Positions 12,208-21,188 of a DNA stretch of 64,000 nt are shown piece after piece. Below the pieces are notes generated by a model. The model did no database searches, was not told the DNA's origin, and was given only the letters and a program-made list of their open reading frames with translations. The stretch's first letter is position 1; each line of letters begins with the position of its first letter. The DNA comes from an uncultured delta proteobacterium (GTDB lineage: Bacteria; Myxococcota_A; Polyangia; Polyangiales; B10-G4), in assembly GCA_963727445.1 (NCBI GenBank), contig CAVSGI010000013.1:441601-505600 (forward strand), given 5' to 3'. Made by a program: the position numbers and the translations under genes.

Positions 12208-13038
12208 GTGCGCCCCTTTGTGATCGCCGTCGTGCTGCTGTTGGCCGCGCCCGCGATGGCGCAGCAAGGGGGCGTCGCGCGGACCGAGACGGCGACGGAT
12301 TCGGAGACGGACGCGGAGACGGAGACAGCGTCGGAAGTCGTGCCGCCGCCCCCCGAGGGGGGATCGGACGCGCCGGCGGAGGACGTCCGCTATCTGGATG
12401 CCGCGGCCAATCGCGTGGTGTGGCTGCCGACGGCCGAGACCAACCCCGAAGGCACGTTCTTCTTCGGCATCTACGAGGTGGTCGGGCTTCAGTTCGGCTA
12501 CGCCCTGACCGACGACTTCGAGTTCGCTCTCACCGGCGTCGTTCCCATCGACACCTTCCCCTACGCCTTCGACCTCTCCGTCAAATGGAACGTGCTCCGG
12601 CATCGGGTCTTTCGCGTCGCGCTCTTCGGCTCCCTCGGCGTCTACGTGGATGGTGACCGCGCCGAGACCATCGGTGGCCGCGCGGGCGCGTCGCTATCGT
12701 TCTGCCTCAACGACGACTGCACCTCCCAGCTGAGCCTCAGCGGCGGTGCGCTGATCGGCAACCACATCGACACCGAGCTCCCCCTCGCCATGGGCGCCGG
12801 CCTGGTGGTGCGCGTCCATCGGCTCCTCGCGCTGGTGGTGGAGCCGCTCTACGGGCGCATCGAGAAGATGAACGCCCCGGACGCCTTCGTCCTGAACTAC
12901 GTCTTCCGCATCGGGCAGCTCGACTGGTCCCTCGACGTCGGCATGACCCGCCCCTTCGTCGACGAGCTGAAGAGCGGCCCCTTCGTCGCGGGCATCCCCT
13001 GGCTCGCCTTCACCTATCGTCTCGGTTGGGAGCCCTAG
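12208..13038 (+). CDS. Putative outer-membrane beta-barrel protein
   Basis: Signal peptide ending AMA-QQ; alternating beta-strand pattern; C-terminal PWLAFTYR. Confidence 0.55.
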   Translation: MRPFVIAVVLLLAAPAMAQQGGVARTETATDSETDAETETASEVVPPPPEGGSDAPAEDVRYLDAAANRVVWLPTAETNPEGTFFFGIYEVVGLQFGYALTDDFEFALTGVVPIDTFPYAFDLSVKWNVLRHRVFRVALFGSLGVYVDGDRAETIGGRAGASLSFCLNDDCTSQLSLSGGALIGNHIDTELPLAMGAGLVVRVHRLLALVVEPLYGRIEKMNAPDAFVLNYVFRIGQLDWSLDVGMTRPFVDELKSGPFVAGIPWLAFTYRLGWEP

Positions 13039-13058
13039 GACCTCGGCCCAAAGCGGGC

Positions 13059-13937
13059 TCAGAGCGTGTCGACCGAGGCGAAGCTGATGCTCAGCTCGCC
13101 TTCCGTCGGGAAGTCGACGAAGAGGATGCTGTCCGAGAGCAGGGCGGCGCCGTTGCCGGGGACGACGAGCTCGAGGGCGCTGAAGCGGTCCTCGGGATCG
13201 GGCGTGCCGGTGCCGTCTTGGTAGGTGACGAAGGTCGGGTGGGTGACCACCAGCGCGTCGGCGCCGGCGTAGATCGTCACGCTCGAGATGTGCAGGCCGA
13301 GCGCGACGCGCTGCGCGAAGAAGTGCAGCTCTGCACCGGGCAGGCCCACGTCGTCGAGCGAGATGACGTTGTCACCGTCGTCGACCGCCTGCGGGTTGGT
13401 CTCGTAGTCGCCGGCGACCGGGGTCGGATCTTCGCCGCCACCGCCGCCGCCACCGCCGCCACCACCGCCGCCCGCGTCGCCACCGACGCCACCGCCGCCG
13501 CCAGCGGCCGGCCCCGCCTCGAGGGTGATCCAATCGGAGACCACCTGCGCTTCGGTCGGCTGCCAAGCGGGCCCGCGGTGCGCGCCCTTCGTGACCAGAG
13601 TGCTCCGTCCGGGATCGCCGACGGTGACCACACCGCTCGCGAGAATCGTGTTGTAGGGATCGGCCATGTCGATGAAGACGGGGGCCGTGGCCGCGTCCGT
13701 GTGGCAGGCGGCGCAGCGGCTGTCGAGCAGCGGTAGCACCTGCGCGAGGAAGACCTGTTCGGGATCGGTCGCGGTCCCGTCGCCCGTGACGGGCGGCGTG
13801 TCGCCGGCGGGATCGGTCCCACCATCGGCGTCGCCAGGACCTTCCGGGGCCTCTCCCCAACCCGGTCCGGTGACCGTCGCTGCCTGACAGCCAGCGGCCG
13901 CGAGAGCGAGAGTCAGGATGTATGGAATCAAGCGCAT
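13059..13937 (-). CDS. Monoheme c-type cytochrome lipoprotein with poly-Gly linker
   Basis: Lipobox AAGC; FLAQVLPLLDSRCAACH; GGGGG linker. Confidence 0.75.
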   Translation of the reverse strand: MRLIPYILTLALAAAGCQAATVTGPGWGEAPEGPGDADGGTDPAGDTPPVTGDGTATDPEQVFLAQVLPLLDSRCAACHTDAATAPVFIDMADPYNTILASGVVTVGDPGRSTLVTKGAHRGPAWQPTEAQVVSDWITLEAGPAAGGGGGVGGDAGGGGGGGGGGGGGEDPTPVAGDYETNPQAVDDGDNVISLDDVGLPGAELHFFAQRVALGLHISSVTIYAGADALVVTHPTFVTYQDGTGTPDPEDRFSALELVVPGNGAALLSDSILFVDFPTEGELSISFASVDTL

Positions 13938-14141
13938 CTCTCTCACCTAGATCACTTCTGGTGCCAACACCTACGGCGCCTGAAATCACCGTCTTTTCCG
14001 GGCTGGCGGCTCATTTTCCAGCCGAATTTCGGGAGCCGAGAGCGCTCCATGCTCCCCAGCTGGTGGTGGTAATTGCTCGATGTTTCGCCTTTTTGCCGAT
14101 CGCGCCCTGGCCCGGTAGCTGCAGTGATCCGTCGCAGCCAG

Positions 14142-14630
14142 ATGCCTCGGCTTTTCTTCCACGTCCTCGCCACCCTCGCGCTGTCGGGCTGCGCTCTCGC
14201 GCCTCTGCCCGCCGATCCGCCCGAGCCGAGTCGCGCGGCGTTCGACACCAACATCTATCCGATCCTCGTGCGCGATTGCGGCTTCCCCGCGTGCCACGGC
14301 AATAGCGGTCGCTTCTTCCGCGTCTTCAGCCCGAGCCGCACGCGCCTCGACGAAGCCACGCCCCTCGCAGCGCCCGCGACCGATGCCGAGATCACAGCGA
14401 CCTACGAGCGTGCGCGCTCGATGCTCGCGGGCGCGTCTTCACCGGAGCAGGCGCTTCTCGTTCGCAAGCCGCTCGAGATCGATCAGGGCGGCGCGCCGCA
14501 CATGGGCATCGACATACACGGCCACGACGTCTACGCGAACAGCGACGCGCAAGGCTACGTGGCCCTGCTCGAATGGGCGCGCGCCGGTCAGAGCTTCGCC
14601 GCGCTCAGCGAGGATGGAGGCGCGCCATGA
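14142..14630 (+). CDS. Cytochrome c-like lipoprotein with CX4CH motif
   Basis: Lipobox LSGC; FDTNIYPILVRDCGFPACHG; LLVRKPL...PHMG. Confidence 0.65.
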   Translation: MPRLFFHVLATLALSGCALAPLPADPPEPSRAAFDTNIYPILVRDCGFPACHGNSGRFFRVFSPSRTRLDEATPLAAPATDAEITATYERARSMLAGASSPEQALLVRKPLEIDQGGAPHMGIDIHGHDVYANSDAQGYVALLEWARAGQSFAALSEDGGAP

Positions 14631-15334
14631 GACCGCTCGCCCTGCTCCTTCTTCCGCTCGGCGTCTCACTCTTCGCCCCGACGGCGCACGCCTTCCGCAC
14701 CGCGGCGACCTTCGACGATCCTGCGGCGGAAGGCGGAGGCGGCGCGCGGCACTTCACCGGCTCCGTTCAGGACGGCTACACCTGCGCGGTCTGCCATCGC
14801 GGCCGCGAGCCCGATCCGGTCGAGCTCACCGGCCTGCCCCTCGAAGGCTACGTGCCCGGCGGCGCCTACGAGATCGAGATCATCATGCCCAACGCCCCGG
14901 CGAGCTCTCTCGCGCTCGAGCTCACCGACGAGCTCGGCGGCGGCGTCGGCTCGCTCGCCCTGCCCGCGGCGCCCGCGGGGCCCGAGCTCTGCACCACCGG
15001 CGACCCCGCTACCAGCCGGGTGTCGCTCGGTGACCGCGCCGTGATCGCCATGAACGCGTGCGGCGCCCAGCGGGTGCGCGCGATCTGGACCGCACCCGAC
15101 CAGCCGCTGGGGCCCGTCTGGTTTCACGCGGTGGTGGTCACCGGCGACGACAACTCCGACACCGAAGGAGACGGCGTCGAAGAGATCGCCCACGTGATCC
15201 CGGTCGCGGGCGCCAGCGCCGAGGCCGCACGCGTGGGCACCTCCGCTTGCAGCGCGGCGCGCGGGGCGCCTTCCCGCCTCGCCTGGCTCCTGCTTCCCGT
15301 CCTCTGGCTCCTCGCGCGCAGGCGTCGCGCCTAG
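14627..15334 (+). CDS. Secreted CxxCH + Reeler-like protein with MYXO-CTERM-like tail
   Basis: ATGA overlap with upstream gene; signal peptide; YTCAVCH; WTAP..GPVWFH; SACSAA...WLLLPVLWLLARRRRA. Confidence 0.65.
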   Translation: MRPLALLLLPLGVSLFAPTAHAFRTAATFDDPAAEGGGGARHFTGSVQDGYTCAVCHRGREPDPVELTGLPLEGYVPGGAYEIEIIMPNAPASSLALELTDELGGGVGSLALPAAPAGPELCTTGDPATSRVSLGDRAVIAMNACGAQRVRAIWTAPDQPLGPVWFHAVVVTGDDNSDTEGDGVEEIAHVIPVAGASAEAARVGTSACSAARGAPSRLAWLLLPVLWLLARRRRA

Positions 15335-15337
15335 GCG

Positions 15338-17008
15338 CTAGCGCGAAGCGATCATGACCTCGCGGGTCTCGGGTCGCTCGAGACCGACGACCCGGTAGCC
15401 ACCGCCGGCGAGCTGGTAGAGGTGGACGCGCGCTGGACCGGGCGCGTCTTCGCCGGGCGTCTCGGCGATGACGTCCACGATCACGTAGCCAGGCGTCTGT
15501 CGCGCGGGCAGGGTGACGCAGACCCGCCCGTCCTCCGTGGGGCGCGGCTCGATCGCCGGGCCGGGGACGGGAGGCCAACCCAGATAGCTCCGCGCCGAGT
15601 GCGCTCGCCCGTTCGCCTCGCGGAGGCCGGAGCGCAGCGCGAGATCGTCGAGGCAGAGCTCGTCCCCTTCGGCGACCGGATTGGCGAGCGGTGAGAGGCG
15701 GGTGAGGAAGCGCTCGAGGATGCGCATCTGACGACCGCGGAGGATGCGGACGAGCTCGTTCGTCACCAGGGGCTTCGAAAAGCGACCCGTCTCGACCATC
15801 GCCCGGATCGACGGCTCGTCCAGCCGGCTGATGATGCGAGCCATCCACGCCGAATCGCGCTCGGTTCGCCGCTCGAAGGCTTCGTTCGGATAGCCGTTAC
15901 GCCAGTCTTCGGGATCGAATCGCTCCACGTCGTAATAGCCGATGTACCGGTATGCCGGCCCGCGCGTCGACCCGCGATAGGGACGCGACAAGAGCCCCAG
16001 GGTCAGCAGATCCTCGGTGACGTATTCGAGGTCGAGGTAGCGGGCGACGCCGAAGGTCTGGCTCTCCATGTCGGAGGAGGGCCAGGCGATGCCCAGGGAG
16101 TCGCCGGCGTCGAGGACGAGGTGGCGGATGAAGCCGTTGCCGTCGTCGTCGGTCTCGACCCAGATGTCGAGGTTGTTCTCGGCGCGGGTGTCGATGTGGT
16201 TGAGCCAGGCCGACGCGACGTACATCCCGCGGACCTCGCGACGGTCCTGGTGCGCGAAGACGTCGTTGGGGTCCGCGTCGCGAACGCCATCGAACTGCCA
16301 TCCGCCGAGGGGCGTTCCATCGACGAATCGGCTGACGCTCGCGCGGAGCATCCCGCCCGGCGCCTCGCCCGCCGCGTCGATCAGAGACGCCAGGTGCTCG
16401 GGGGTGTAGGGCCGATCGTGTCGCCCGCCGGTGTGCGCGCCCGGCGCGATGGAGATGTCCGACGGCTCGAAGAAGACGACCTGATTGCAGGGGACGTAGT
16501 AGCCGAGGGCATGGAAGAACCGCGTGGCGATGGCGTCGGCGGCGGTGCCGCGCTCCGGCTGCCAGAAGTCGAGCTTGAAGACGTACTTCTGCCCGTCGGC
16601 GGCCTCGATGATCGCGCCGGGGGTGGTCCCGCTGAGCTTGCCCTGAACGACCTGCCAGGGCTTGGGCGGAAGCGCCTCGGACGGACAGGCGCCGATCGCG
16701 AGCTCGCTGGGGTTCATCTCGCGAACGCCGATGCGGTTCTCGAACCAGCTCGAGCTCGGGACCTCGTCGAGTGAGTTGACGTTGACCGCTTCGGTGGCGC
16801 GGCGGAACTGCCACAGCTCGGAGAGCTGGCGAAAGACGACGTTGTCGCCCTGGTCCCAGGCCCAGGGGGTGTAGAGCTCGTCGGGCATCGGCCCGAAGGC
16901 GACCTGATCGGCGTCGACCCAGATCGGATCGCGATTGGGAAAGGGGTGCATGGTCGCGGCCCCGCAGCCGGTGGTGAGGAGCACTAGCAGGATCGCCATC
17001 CGCCTCAC
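15338..17008 (-). CDS. Lipoprotein with atypical protein-kinase-like fold
   Basis: GTGA overlap with upstream stop; lipobox TTGC; GKLSGTTPG, YVFKLD, WLNHIDTRAENNL, LVLDAG. Confidence 0.6.
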   Translation of the reverse strand: MRRMAILLVLLTTGCGAATMHPFPNRDPIWVDADQVAFGPMPDELYTPWAWDQGDNVVFRQLSELWQFRRATEAVNVNSLDEVPSSSWFENRIGVREMNPSELAIGACPSEALPPKPWQVVQGKLSGTTPGAIIEAADGQKYVFKLDFWQPERGTAADAIATRFFHALGYYVPCNQVVFFEPSDISIAPGAHTGGRHDRPYTPEHLASLIDAAGEAPGGMLRASVSRFVDGTPLGGWQFDGVRDADPNDVFAHQDRREVRGMYVASAWLNHIDTRAENNLDIWVETDDDGNGFIRHLVLDAGDSLGIAWPSSDMESQTFGVARYLDLEYVTEDLLTLGLLSRPYRGSTRGPAYRYIGYYDVERFDPEDWRNGYPNEAFERRTERDSAWMARIISRLDEPSIRAMVETGRFSKPLVTNELVRILRGRQMRILERFLTRLSPLANPVAEGDELCLDDLALRSGLREANGRAHSARSYLGWPPVPGPAIEPRPTEDGRVCVTLPARQTPGYVIVDVIAETPGEDAPGPARVHLYQLAGGGYRVVGLERPETREVMIASR

Positions 17009-18399
17009 AGCGTGTTCCTCGTGCCGAAGGTGAGTCGGAAGTTGGTGAGGGAGCCGCCGAGGTCGAAGGGCTCGGTTCCGGCCGCGATGGTGATCTCGAG
17101 GGGGTTGTCGCCCATGCCTGAGAGAAGAGGTGCGAGCCCGAGGCCGAAGGAGAGTCGGGTTCGGCCGATGGCGAAGTCCTCGAAGTGCTCGCCGAAGACG
17201 TTGCCCACCGCTACGTGGATACGCGCGTCCAAGAACGCCCAGATCGGATAGGTGTAGTGGAGCTCGAGCACCGCCGCGCTCTGACCGCGAAGAACGCCCG
17301 GCTGAAAGCCGCGCATCGGTCCATTGCCCCCCAGATCGACGAGCGCGTTGAAGGGCACCTGACCCGGACCGCCGGTGGGCGTCACCAGCCCGACCGCGCC
17401 GGTGATCGCGAGGACGCGGTGCTCTCCGAAGATGTCGTAGGCCACCGTCGACTCGGCGCCCCACCGAACCCAGCGCACGTCGGGCAGGCCGGTGATGAGC
17501 GCGTGCTCCTCCGCGTAGCCGCTGATCCGAAAGTGCGTTCCCTCCCTCTCGTCCCTCTTTTGGGTGTCGAAGACGAAGGTGAAGCCGCCATAGACTTCCG
17601 AGAAGTTGGTACCCAACCCATAAGGCGTGGGCTCGCCGATCTGCGCCGCGAGGTCACCCGCCGCTGGATCGTTTCGCCACCCCTGGCTCTCGAGATGGTA
17701 GTAGCGGTAGCCCGCTTCGTAGGTGAGCTTCGTGGAACGCCACGGCCGAAGCTGGAGTCGCAGGGTCGGCTGGTAGAGAACCTCCTCGTAGCGCCCCCAG
17801 CGAACGTTGACACCCGAGGTCCGGCTGGTCGCATCCCAACCGATGCCCGAGTAGATGAAGTCGGGCCGCCGATGGGTGTGGAAGCGCAGCGTCAGATCGC
17901 CGCTGTCGTGCGCGAAGGTGTAGCGGTCGTGCGCGGTGAGCGAGAGCCACTGCGGCCCCCAGAACCCGCCGTGGATCGCCACGCGGTTGTCGTCGACCAG
18001 GAGGTTCTTCCACTGAAAGTAGAGGCCCACGCTCGGGCTCAAGCCGAACTCGTAGAGGAACGTTGGCACGATCAGCCCGTCGTTGTTCTTCCCGAGCTGA
18101 AAGACGTCGACGAGGGTTTCGACCACCTGCTCGCGCTCGACGACGGTGAAGATCGCGCCGAGGGGGCGCCGGATCAGGTATTCGCTCGTGAGATAGAGCG
18201 GAGACAGCAGGATCCGTGGGATCCAAAGCACGTTGTCGATGGCGTCGGGCGGCGCCGGTGGCCGACCGTCGAGATCGGGCGTCGGTCGCTTGCCCCGGTC
18301 CTCGGCGAAGGCCACCGGCGAGAGCGTGACGCTCAGGGCGACGGCGACGATGACCAGCGCACAAGCGTGCTTCAACTGGTTGTGCGTCGCATGACCCAT
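17005..18399 (-). CDS. Omp85/BamA-TamA-like beta-barrel lacking POTRA domains
   Basis: Signal peptide; LGGNGPMRGF lid-lock-like motif; LELHYTYPIW; C-terminal FRLTFG. Confidence 0.7.
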   Translation of the reverse strand: MGHATHNQLKHACALVIVAVALSVTLSPVAFAEDRGKRPTPDLDGRPPAPPDAIDNVLWIPRILLSPLYLTSEYLIRRPLGAIFTVVEREQVVETLVDVFQLGKNNDGLIVPTFLYEFGLSPSVGLYFQWKNLLVDDNRVAIHGGFWGPQWLSLTAHDRYTFAHDSGDLTLRFHTHRRPDFIYSGIGWDATSRTSGVNVRWGRYEEVLYQPTLRLQLRPWRSTKLTYEAGYRYYHLESQGWRNDPAAGDLAAQIGEPTPYGLGTNFSEVYGGFTFVFDTQKRDEREGTHFRISGYAEEHALITGLPDVRWVRWGAESTVAYDIFGEHRVLAITGAVGLVTPTGGPGQVPFNALVDLGGNGPMRGFQPGVLRGQSAAVLELHYTYPIWAFLDARIHVAVGNVFGEHFEDFAIGRTRLSFGLGLAPLLSGMGDNPLEITIAAGTEPFDLGGSLTNFRLTFGTRNTL

Positions 18400-18451
18400 C
18401 GCGCGAAGTATCGTCCATCAAGACGCGCGCAGGGTTCAACGAAGTTCGACC

Positions 18452-20014
18452 TCAGGGTCGATAGGTGACGCGGATCACGCCGTAGCGAGCGACGTCGCTC
18501 ATGTCGCCTTCGCGCTCGCTCGCGAGGAACGCATGCGCCTCGCGGAAGACGAGATCGACGTCCAGCTCCGGGAGGAGGGCCAGGCGCACCTGCGCCTCGA
18601 CTCCCACCAGGAACCCGTCGCTGACCGCGCCCGCCTGCGCGACCTCTTCGCTGACCGAGCTCACGTGCCCGACCTCGGGGACCACGCCGAGCACGAGCGG
18701 CCCCTCGTCGCCGATCGGGAAGTAGAGCCCGATCCGCCCGTAGGGCCCGGAGAGCGTGTAGGTGGGCATGGAGAGCGGAAGCTCGCTGTCGAGCATGCGA
18801 AAGCCCCAGCCCGCTTCGATGTTCATCCGCACCGCGCGAACGCTGTCGGCGAGGGCGAAGTCGAGGTTGGCGCCGATGGCCAGCTCCTGGGAGCGGGTGT
18901 CGACGGTGCGGGTGCTGCCGTCGGCCCGCTGGTCCTGCGCCTGCAGGCCCACCGAGGTGTAGTAGCGGGTGCCGAGCCCGAGCCGGAGCGAGCTGTCCTC
19001 GCCGGGGCGGAGCCAGACGTTGAGGGCGGCGGCGACGGCGGGGAAGGGCGAGGAGGAGAAGCGCCCTTCGCCCGTCTCCATGGGCACGGCCGCCGTGCGC
19101 TGCCCGAAACCGAGGCCGGCGGTCACGTCGAAGCCCCACTGCCGCGACATGTAGCCACCGGCGAGTGCGCCGTCATCGCCTTCGCCGTCGACGTCCTCCT
19201 CGTCCTCTTCCTCGTCGAGCGCCTCCTCTTCTTCCTCCACCGCGGCTTGCTCTTCTTCGGGCTCCGGCGCGGCGCGACGTCGGCGAGCTCGGCGGCGCCG
19301 CGGCGCCGTCTCCTCGGCGGGTGGCTCGGCGCCCTGGGCCTCCCAGTCGAGCGGCGGCGGAAGTCCGTCTGCCGTCTCGGCGCCGGACGGCTCTTCACGC
19401 TCGGCGGGCTCGTGAGCAGGCTCCGGCGCTTGCGGCTCCGAGAAGCGGCGGATCGCCGAGGTGCGCCGGCCCGCGCGCTCGCGGCTGCGGCCGCGTCGTG
19501 CGCGCGTGGGCTCCTCGGCCCGCGCGACGCGCGCGCGCCCCCCGCCACTCTGCGCGCGCGCCGCCGCCGATGCGAGGTCGCGGAGGATCGCCGACGTGAC
19601 ACCGCCACTGAGGTGAACGCCGCGCAAGCGATAGGTGCGGCCGAAGAGCTCGGCGCCGCTCCGGCCGTGGTAGTAGCGAAGGCGCAGGAGCTTGTCGCGG
19701 CCGCTGACGCCGAAGCCCGCGACCACGATCACGTGCGCGCCCTGGCGCGTGCCGAAACGACGAATGGCGGCGCCGTTCGCCGGCGACATGCTGCGGACGC
19801 GAACCGCAGAGGTGTAGGCGCTGCTGTCGATGAGGCGCGCGCCGCGCACCAGGACTCGGGGAACGGCGCGACGCATGGGACCGGGGAGGCTGGGGGCCGC
19901 GACGAAGAGCGCCTTGGTCTGCTGGGCCGACGCTCCGCCGGGGAACGACGCGATCAGCATCGCGACCACGATTCCGGAAAGAACGAACAGCCATCTGTTA
20001 CCCGCACACGTCAT
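18452..20014 (-). CDS. Exported protein with acidic linker and C-terminal beta-barrel
   Basis: Signal peptide ASA-QQ; E/D-rich linker; beta-strand C-terminal half ending YGVIRVTYRP; ATG abuts the DUF3570 stop. Confidence 0.55.
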   Translation of the reverse strand: MTCAGNRWLFVLSGIVVAMLIASFPGGASAQQTKALFVAAPSLPGPMRRAVPRVLVRGARLIDSSAYTSAVRVRSMSPANGAAIRRFGTRQGAHVIVVAGFGVSGRDKLLRLRYYHGRSGAELFGRTYRLRGVHLSGGVTSAILRDLASAAARAQSGGGRARVARAEEPTRARRGRSRERAGRRTSAIRRFSEPQAPEPAHEPAEREEPSGAETADGLPPPLDWEAQGAEPPAEETAPRRRRARRRRAAPEPEEEQAAVEEEEEALDEEEDEEDVDGEGDDGALAGGYMSRQWGFDVTAGLGFGQRTAAVPMETGEGRFSSSPFPAVAAALNVWLRPGEDSSLRLGLGTRYYTSVGLQAQDQRADGSTRTVDTRSQELAIGANLDFALADSVRAVRMNIEAGWGFRMLDSELPLSMPTYTLSGPYGRIGLYFPIGDEGPLVLGVVPEVGHVSSVSEEVAQAGAVSDGFLVGVEAQVRLALLPELDVDLVFREAHAFLASEREGDMSDVARYGVIRVTYRP

Positions 20015-21154
20015 CTAGAGCTCCAAGCTGAGGGCCAGGGTCGCGTCCCCGGCGAACACCTCGTTGAGACCGACGAAGTCCTGATAGACGAAGACCGTCC
20101 CTCCCACGGCCAGTCCCAAGCGAATCGCGATGTCGTCGCTGACATCGAAGGACTTCTCGAAGCTGAGGGCCACGCGGTTCGAGAACATCGGTGAGAGCTC
20201 TCGATCGCGCGTCACGTAGCGAAGCGCCCCGGTCGGCGCGGGATAGGTCGAGCGATAGAAGCCCGCGGCGCTCTGCGTGTAGAAGCGATACCTGAGCGTG
20301 AGCACCGTGTCCTCCGACGGAAGCCACGCCACCTGCGCGATCGCTGTGTGCGCCGCCACGCCCCAGTCGTCGAAGTAGAAGCGATAGCCGATCCCCGCCG
20401 AGGTGTCGCTCGACAGTGCGTAGCGCCCGCGCACCACGAAGGCGTTGCGGATGCGCGTATCGGGGTGTGCCTCGGGCACGCAGAGGATCGCGGTGCCGCC
20501 GCACTGCCCGTCGCCGCCGAGACCGACGAATCGGTAGGGGCTCGACTGAAATCCCTGACGGTACGCTCCCTCCCAGACGCCCTGCACCAGCGCTTTGGGG
20601 GAGAGGATCTGCGTCATGACCAGCCTCAGGCCGTAGGTCGAGAGCGGTCGCGAGAAGTTGGCGTCGCCCGAGCGCCCGACGAGGTCGTAGGAGTAGTGAA
20701 AGCTCTCTTCGAAGGTGGTCGTGTTGTTGGCCAGCTCCTGCGTCGAGCTCAGCCCGACGCCGTGGGAGGTGTAGTCGTTCTCCCCCGAGAAGTAGTAGCT
20801 GGCGTTGAGCGTCGCGTTGTCGAGCTCGTGACCGACGCCGACGTCGATCTGATCGCGCTGCTCGCTGACGGCCTTGGTCGCGGCCGTCCGGATGTCGATG
20901 GAGGCGCTGGTCCAGATGTCGGCGGTGTAGCCGACGTTCGCCGTCGTCCGGTCGGCGTTGAAGCGCGTCTGAACGCCGGCATGCGGGCTGATCACCGTCG
21001 TGTGATCCGTGTCGCCCCGAACGAAGACCGACGCGGTTCCGTCGTTCGCCTGAACACCAGGCGTCAGGCCCAGCATCGCACCGAAGACGAGCGCGGCGAA
21101 CGGCGCGCCCAGAGGGCGCCTCGTTCGTCGCGTTTTCTTCGGGGGAGATGTCAT
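20015..21154 (-). CDS. DUF3570 family outer-membrane beta-barrel
   Basis: DIWTSAS, SGENDYTS, PYRFV, EAHPDTRIR, YRFYFDDWGVAAHT, YRFYTQSAAGFY, TRDRELS. Confidence 0.85.
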   Translation of the reverse strand: MTSPPKKTRRTRRPLGAPFAALVFGAMLGLTPGVQANDGTASVFVRGDTDHTTVISPHAGVQTRFNADRTTANVGYTADIWTSASIDIRTAATKAVSEQRDQIDVGVGHELDNATLNASYYFSGENDYTSHGVGLSSTQELANNTTTFEESFHYSYDLVGRSGDANFSRPLSTYGLRLVMTQILSPKALVQGVWEGAYRQGFQSSPYRFVGLGGDGQCGGTAILCVPEAHPDTRIRNAFVVRGRYALSSDTSAGIGYRFYFDDWGVAAHTAIAQVAWLPSEDTVLTLRYRFYTQSAAGFYRSTYPAPTGALRYVTRDRELSPMFSNRVALSFEKSFDVSDDIAIRLGLAVGGTVFVYQDFVGLNEVFAGDATLALSLEL

Positions 21155-21188
21155 CGGAGCTCTTCACGCGTGGCGTGACTGAGTGGCA

